Source: Gammaproteobacteria bacterium (lineage in GTDB: Bacteria; Pseudomonadota; Gammaproteobacteria; Enterobacterales; Psychrobiaceae). From it: a DNA stretch of 64,000 bases. The DNA is taken from the NCBI GenBank assembly GCA_013214945.1, contig JABSRT010000009.1:63070-127069 (forward strand), in the 5' to 3' direction. Position numbers and translations under genes: made by a program. Below, piece by piece: positions 58,849 to 64,000 of the stretch. The notes under the pieces are model-generated. The model was not told the DNA's origin, searched no databases, and saw nothing but the letters and a program-made list of their open reading frames with translations. Each line of letters starts with the position of its first letter. Position 1 is the first letter of the stretch.

Positions 58849-59784
58849 TTATCTTAGCTCTATCGGCACTGCAAACACCGTATTTTCTTCAATGCCTGGA
58901 TTTTCAATTATTTGACCGCCAGTGAGTTCCACCAGTTTATCAATCACTTGTTGCACCAAAATCTCCGGCGCAGAGGCACCAGCCGTCACACCAACGGAGT
59001 TAACATTGTCAAGCCAGCTTGGATCGATGTCGCGATCGTTATCAATCAGATAAGCGCGTGTGCCTTGTTTTTCGGACAACTCACGCAGTCGATTGGAGTT
59101 AGAGCTATTTTTAGACCCAACCACCAACAACAACTCAACCTTGGTTGAAATATCTTTAACCGCGTCTTGACGATTTTGGGTCGCGTAACAAATATCATCT
59201 TTGCGTGGCCCTTCAATCTGTGGAAAACGCGCCCGTAACGCATCAATAATTGCTTTAGTATCATCAACCGACAAGGTTGTTTGCGTCACGTAATGTAACG
59301 CTGTTGGATCAGCGACTTCAAGTGTCGCAACATCGTCAACCGTTTCAACTAAATACATCGCGCCAGCGGCATTGGAATATTGCCCCATGGTGCCGATCAC
59401 TTCAGGGTGACCTTTGTGACCAATTAAGATGCATTCGGTACTGCGCTTGCTCGAACGTGCTACTTCCATGTGAACCTTGGTGACCAAGGGGCAAGTCGCA
59501 TCAAACACCCGTAAATCACGGCGCTTGGCTTCTTGACGTACCGCTTGAGAAACACCGTGGGCGCTAAAAACAACCGTGCTATTGTCTGGCACCTGATCGA
59601 GTTCTTCGACAAAAATCGCGCCGCGCTCACGTAAGCCATCGACAACATATTTGTTATGCACCACTTCATGACGAACATAAATTGGTTTTTCAAATAAGTC
59701 GAGCGCCCGTTCAACAATAGTAATAGCGCGATCTACTCCGGCACAAAAACCGCGTGGATTAGCTCTGACGATTTTTACTGTCAT
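58849..59784 (-). CDS. ispH: 4-hydroxy-3-methylbut-2-enyl diphosphate reductase
   Basis: [20 protein letters not shown] and ATCPLV motifs; 311 aa. Confidence 0.95.
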   Translation of the reverse strand: MTVKIVRANPRGFCAGVDRAITIVERALDLFEKPIYVRHEVVHNKYVVDGLRERGAIFVEELDQVPDNSTVVFSAHGVSQAVRQEAKRRDLRVFDATCPLVTKVHMEVARSSKRSTECILIGHKGHPEVIGTMGQYSNAAGAMYLVETVDDVATLEVADPTALHYVTQTTLSVDDTKAIIDALRARFPQIEGPRKDDICYATQNRQDAVKDISTKVELLLVVGSKNSSNSNRLRELSEKQGTRAYLIDNDRDIDPSWLDNVNSVGVTAGASAPEILVQQVIDKLVELTGGQIIENPGIEENTVFAVPIELR

Positions 59785-59794
59785 TAGAATTAGC

Positions 59795-60265
59795 CTAGTT
59801 TACGTTAAGTATGTCAATGGCGAAGGTCACAACCTGCCCCGCTAACGGGTGGTTAAAATCAATCGTTACTGAATCACCCACAATTTCACGGACCACACCT
59901 GGTAACTCCGTGCCATTTTGCTGTTCAAACGAAATGATAGCACCGACTTCTAGCGATTCGGCGTCAAAACGACTACGTTCAAGGTGATAAATGTTGTCAG
60001 GATTCACTTCACCAAAGGCATCGGCCGCTGGCAAGGAAAACTCAGTTGACTCATTAGCACTAAGACCCAACAATTTGGCTTCAAAAGCTGGCGATAGGCT
60101 ACCATCGCCCATGTTAAGTTTGGCCGGTTTATTGTTAACCTTGGTACTGTCTGCCGCTGAACCGTCTGATAATTTCATCGTAACATGAAAAATAATTTCA
60201 CTGCTTGCGCCAATCACGTGCTGATTTTTCTGAGCCGGTTCTTCGATATTAACTGCATTAGTCAC
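59795..60265 (-). CDS. fkpB: FKBP-type peptidyl-prolyl isomerase FkpB/SlpA
   Basis: [15 protein letters not shown]..., [24 protein letters not shown] aligns with E. coli FkpB. GTG 60265 with an AGGAAAG SD, 2 nt after the lspA stop. Confidence 0.85.
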   Translation of the reverse strand: MTNAVNIEEPAQKNQHVIGASSEIIFHVTMKLSDGSAADSTKVNNKPAKLNMGDGSLSPAFEAKLLGLSANESTEFSLPAADAFGEVNPDNIYHLERSRFDAESLEVGAIISFEQQNGTELPGVVREIVGDSVTIDFNHPLAGQVVTFAIDILNVN

Positions 60266-60267
60266 AA

Positions 60268-60807
60268 TTAGCTTTCCTGTGTTGATGATGACGAAGTGGT
60301 AAATGCTTCGACAATAATTAATCCGGCACCGATACAAATAGCGACATCTGCAATATTAAAGGCTGGCCAGTGATACTGCTGATAATAAACATCTAAAAAG
60401 TCGATAACATAGCCATAAGCAACTCGGTCGATCAAATTTCCGACAGCACCAGCAAGTACTAGCGCATACGAAACGGCCAACAGCTTTTCAGCTTTATGCA
60501 ACCCACGCAGCCAATAAACTAACAAACTGCTTATCGCAACCGCAACCGCCGTAAAAAACCACCGTTGCCAGCCACCGGCATCACTTAAGAAGCTAAATGC
60601 CGCACCTTCGTTATGCACGTAGGTAAAATTAAACATTGGCATTATCGAAATTGATTCATACAAGCTAAAGCTGTTGCTAACCCACACCTTAGATACTTGA
60701 TCCAAGATGATTAATATCACGGTTAACCACAGCCATACTAAACCACTTTGCGCCGCAGAGGCCGGCTTGGTCGCCGACCCCGTTTGATCATTTTGCTGAT
60801 TAAGCAT
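60268..60807 (-). CDS. lspA: Lipoprotein signal peptidase II
   Basis: NEGAAFSF and [11 protein letters not shown] motifs. ATG 60807 overlaps the ileS stop (ATGCTTAA). Confidence 0.9.
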   Translation of the reverse strand: MLNQQNDQTGSATKPASAAQSGLVWLWLTVILIILDQVSKVWVSNSFSLYESISIMPMFNFTYVHNEGAAFSFLSDAGGWQRWFFTAVAVAISSLLVYWLRGLHKAEKLLAVSYALVLAGAVGNLIDRVAYGYVIDFLDVYYQQYHWPAFNIADVAICIGAGLIIVEAFTTSSSSTQES

Positions 60808-63655
60808 AGTGACGAACTTCGCCTTCACCTTCAATATTAGTCACACAGCGGCCACACAAGGTGACGTGAGCTTCATTGCTGCCCACTTCATCGCGGTGAT
60901 GCCAACAACGCTCACATTTTTCACCGGTAGAGGGCTCAACCAACACACTTAAACCGTCAATTTCAGTGGCAATCGCGTTGTCTGCTGCTGCGCCATTGAC
61001 CACATTTACTTGTGAAGTAATAAATACAAAGCGTAGCTCTGATTCGATCAGCGCTAATTGCTTAGCCAGCTCATCGTTAGCAAAAATTGTCACGTTCGCC
61101 TGTAAGCTGCCACCAATGACATCATCACGACGCGCTTGTTCCATGGTTTTATTTACCGCATTACGAACCGCTAAAATTTGTTCCCAAAATTCAGGATTTA
61201 ATTGTTCAGTGCTGTCTTGCGCTGTCAGGCCTTCGTACCATTCACTGGTAAAGACAAATTCTTGGTCATTGTTTGGTAACAACTTCCAAATTTCGTCAGC
61301 AGTAAAGCTTAAGATTGGCGCTATCCAACGTACTAATGCTTGCGCAATATGGTACATCGCTGTTTGACAGCTACGACGTGGTAAACCATCGGCTTTAGCG
61401 GTGTATTGACGATCTTTGATGATATCAAGGTAGAAACTGCCTAGCTCAATCGAACAAAAATGCGTTAGCTTTTGCACCACAACATGGAACTGGTAGCTAT
61501 CATAGGCTTCAATAATTTCTTGTTGAAGCTGATGAGCACGACCAACAACCCAACGATCTAACGCCACCATGTCTTCACTGGCGACCAAATCGGTTGCTGG
61601 ATCAAAACCGTTAAGGTTTGATAACAAGAAACGCGAGGTATTACGGATACGACGATAAGAATCAGCACTACGGTCAAGTATTTCATCAGACACGGTCATT
61701 TCAGCGGTGTAGTTAGCTGACGCTACCCACAAACGTAGAATATCTGCACCTAAACGGTTAACCACTTGTTGTGGTGACATTACGTTGCCGATTGACTTAG
61801 ACATTTTCTTGCCATTGCCATCAACGGTAAAGCCGTGGGTTAATACCTGGCGGTAAGGCGCGGTACCATTCATCGCGACAGATGTCATTAGCGACGACTG
61901 GAACCAACCACGATGCTGATCTGAACCTTCAAGGTATAAATCTGCAGGACCCGTTAATTCTTCACGAGCATCAACAACACAAGCGTGTGTTACACCCGAG
62001 TCAAACCAGACATCTAAGGTGTCGGTAATTTTAACGTAGGTATCGCCACCTTCAGCCAAGAACTCACTTGGCTCAAGATCAAACCATGCTTGAATACCGT
62101 CTTTTTCAATTAATACCGCAACACGCTCTAGTAACTCAGCCGTATCTGGGTGTAGTTCATTGGTGTCTTTATTGATAAAGACCGTTAATGGCACGCCCCA
62201 AGTACGTTGGCGTGAAACACACCAGTCAGGGCGACCTACAACCATGTTTTCAATGCGCTGCTGGCCCCAATCTGGGATCCACTGAGTTTTTTTAATTTCG
62301 GCCATTGCTTGGTCGCGTAAACCGTTTTGATCCATCGAAATGAACCACTGTGGCGTAGCGCGGAAAATAATTGGCGTTTTGTGGCGCCAGCAATGTGGGT
62401 AGCTATGCGTTAATGCATGGTGATGCACTAAGGTGCCACGCTCTTTAAGCAACTCAACGATAACGTCGTTCGCCTTAAAGATATGCTGACCTTCAAATAA
62501 CGGAGTACCTTCAAGGTAAACACCGTTAGCACCAACTGGATTGGCTACTTCGATGTTGTACTTTTGGCCGACCACGTAATCTTCTTGGCCGTGACCAGGA
62601 GCGGTATGAACAACACCAGTACCTGAGTCGGTAGTTACGTGCTCACCTAAAATAACTGGCACGTCAAAGTCATAAAATGGGTGGTTAAAACGCACTAATT
62701 CTAACGCGCTGCCATCACACTGGCCAAGCACATTAAATTTCTCAACACCGTAACGTTCCATCGCGCTGGTCATTAAGTCATGCGCTAAAATCAGACGTTC
62801 ACTAACGCCATCTTTTTCGCACTGAACTAACACATACTCAACTTTTTCATGCATTGACAACGCGCGGTTAGCCGGCAGAGTCCATGGCGTAGTGGTCCAG
62901 ATCACCGTAGAGATAGTACCGCTACCAGCGTGGGCAGGATCAATCGCCATTTTTTCTAGGATTTCGGCTTCATTAACTGCATTAAAACGTACGTCAACCG
63001 CTGGCGAACGTTTGTCTTCGTATTCAACTTCGGCTTCAGCCAATGATGAACCACAATCTAAACACCAATGAACCGGCTTAGCGCCTTGTTGCAAGTGGCC
63101 ATTCGCAATGATTTTACCCATAGAACGAACAATGTTCGCTTCAAAGTCAAAATTCATGGTTTGATAAGGGTTAAACCAATCACCAAACACGCCTAAGCGG
63201 ATAAAGTCTTTACGCTGACCGTCAATTTGACGTTGGGCATAAGCACGACATTTTTCACGAAAATCGCTCGCTGAGATTTTATGGCCCGGTTTACCGTGCT
63301 TTTTCTCAACTTGTAGCTCGATTGGCAAGCCGTGACAATCCCAACCTGGAATATAAGGTGCATCGAAACCAGCAATGGTTTTTGACTTAATAATAATGTC
63401 TTTAAGAATTTTATTAACTGAGTGACCAATATGAATGTCGCCATTGGCGTAGGGAGGGCCGTCGTGCAAAATAAAAGTCTTACGACCTTTTCTTGCTGCA
63501 CGGATCTTGCCGTACAAATCGGCCTTATCCCATGCTTTAAGCATCATAGGTTCACGATTTGCCAAGTTAGCCTTCATTGAAAATGAAGTTTTTGGCAAGT
63601 TTAAAGTCTGCTTATACTCTGACTTCTTAAATTCGGTTTTCTTGTCATCACTCAT
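60800..63655 (-). CDS. ileS: Isoleucine--tRNA ligase
   Basis: HIGH ([11 protein letters not shown]), KMSKS (KMSKSIGN) and a C-terminal Zn-finger (CERCWHH..CGRC); 951 aa. Confidence 0.98.
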   Translation of the reverse strand: MSDDKKTEFKKSEYKQTLNLPKTSFSMKANLANREPMMLKAWDKADLYGKIRAARKGRKTFILHDGPPYANGDIHIGHSVNKILKDIIIKSKTIAGFDAPYIPGWDCHGLPIELQVEKKHGKPGHKISASDFREKCRAYAQRQIDGQRKDFIRLGVFGDWFNPYQTMNFDFEANIVRSMGKIIANGHLQQGAKPVHWCLDCGSSLAEAEVEYEDKRSPAVDVRFNAVNEAEILEKMAIDPAHAGSGTISTVIWTTTPWTLPANRALSMHEKVEYVLVQCEKDGVSERLILAHDLMTSAMERYGVEKFNVLGQCDGSALELVRFNHPFYDFDVPVILGEHVTTDSGTGVVHTAPGHGQEDYVVGQKYNIEVANPVGANGVYLEGTPLFEGQHIFKANDVIVELLKERGTLVHHHALTHSYPHCWRHKTPIIFRATPQWFISMDQNGLRDQAMAEIKKTQWIPDWGQQRIENMVVGRPDWCVSRQRTWGVPLTVFINKDTNELHPDTAELLERVAVLIEKDGIQAWFDLEPSEFLAEGGDTYVKITDTLDVWFDSGVTHACVVDAREELTGPADLYLEGSDQHRGWFQSSLMTSVAMNGTAPYRQVLTHGFTVDGNGKKMSKSIGNVMSPQQVVNRLGADILRLWVASANYTAEMTVSDEILDRSADSYRRIRNTSRFLLSNLNGFDPATDLVASEDMVALDRWVVGRAHQLQQEIIEAYDSYQFHVVVQKLTHFCSIELGSFYLDIIKDRQYTAKADGLPRRSCQTAMYHIAQALVRWIAPILSFTADEIWKLLPNNDQEFVFTSEWYEGLTAQDSTEQLNPEFWEQILAVRNAVNKTMEQARRDDVIGGSLQANVTIFANDELAKQLALIESELRFVFITSQVNVVNGAAADNAIATEIDGLSVLVEPSTGEKCERCWHHRDEVGSNEAHVTLCGRCVTNIEGEGEVRHYA

Positions 63656-63730
63656 GTAAAAATCACACCATTATGGTCACATGCCTATTCTATAACAGGC
63701 ATTTGGGTCACTAAATATTATTTATTGAAG

Positions 63731-64000
63731 CTAATTTGATAGAAAAAACGCTTTAGCTTCAACGGCATCTTTTGCGATTTGTTGCTTTAACTGCTCGAAA
63801 GAGTCAAATTTAAATTCATCGCGAATTTTGTGCAGCACTTGGGTATCAATGGTTTTTCCATAAATATCTTGCTGAAAATCAAACAAATGAATTTCAAGCT
63901 GCATTCGACTGCCATTAACAGTCGGGCGCTGACCAATATTGGCCACACCGCTATAACTCACCCCATCAAGCACTACTTCGACGGCATAAACACCATGTAA
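63731..64000 (-). CDS. ribF: C-terminal riboflavin-kinase part of bifunctional riboflavin kinase/FMN adenylyltransferase (5' part outside the window)
   Basis: HGVYAVEV..GVANIGQRPTVNG..LEIHLFDF..DIYGK; upstream of ileS as in most gammaproteobacteria. Confidence 0.9.
   Translation of the reverse strand, partial: LHGVYAVEVVLDGVSYSGVANIGQRPTVNGSRMQLEIHLFDFQQDIYGKTIDTQVLHKIRDEFKFDSFEQLKQQIAKDAVEAKAFFLSN

Overview
64-kb chromosomal window from a marine gammaproteobacterium. Synteny (ribF-ileS-lspA-fkpB-ispH, proBA, thrLABC, ratA-rnfH/smpB-ssrA) and the protein sequences look Alteromonadales/Colwelliaceae-like, but that is inference only. I count about 58 protein genes, one tmRNA and one pilin pseudogene. 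There is no rRNA, tRNA, CRISPR, transposase, integrase or phage gene. Layout: (i) 1-1.3 kb, a bufferin-type RiPP operon (DUF2282 precursor, DUF692, start of a probable DUF2063 gene) cut by the window edge. (ii) 2.3-15.4 kb, a gamma-butyrobetaine/carnitine catabolic island: thioesterase, two GlxA-AraC regulators, BKACE, carnitine dehydrogenase, BCCT carrier, gamma-butyrobetaine dioxygenase, ProVWX-like ABC importer, esterase. (iii) 15.4-22.4 kb, a Moco-domain-like periplasmic protein coupled to a GGDEF-EAL protein, plus a secreted hydrolase/ABC-2 exporter/EamA operon. (iv) 22.5-30.7 kb, core genes: cspA-like, thrLABC with attenuator, slyD, rnfH, ratA, smpB, ssrA. (v) 30.7-43.6 kb, a loosely packed accessory stretch next to ssrA with regulator/exporter pairs, two MCPs, an MFS and a TauE transporter, dodecin, a decayed MSHA-type pilin gene and long AT-rich spacers. 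(vi) 43.7-51.8 kb, MocR regulator, CoA-acylating semialdehyde dehydrogenase and a Pot-like ABC importer. (vii) 51.9-64 kb, an orphan PEP-CTERM-like protein, ygiQ, proBA, ispH-fkpB-lspA-ileS and the ribF 3' end. I did not find a convincing new protein-based system: nothing is defence-like, and almost every ORF belongs to a recognisable family. The most unusual signals are non-coding. They are (a) a conserved tripartite cis-element shared by two promoters of the carnitine island, (b) a 10-unit 13-bp tandem array whose units each form an SD/start/one-codon/stop mini-ORF on the minus strand, (c) three further short tandem arrays in the same island that reiterate the SD-spacer-start module directly in front of genes, and (d) an orphan promoter/terminator pair (candidate sRNA) in the proB-ispH spacer. 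All family calls come from reading the translated ORFs, and no database search was run.
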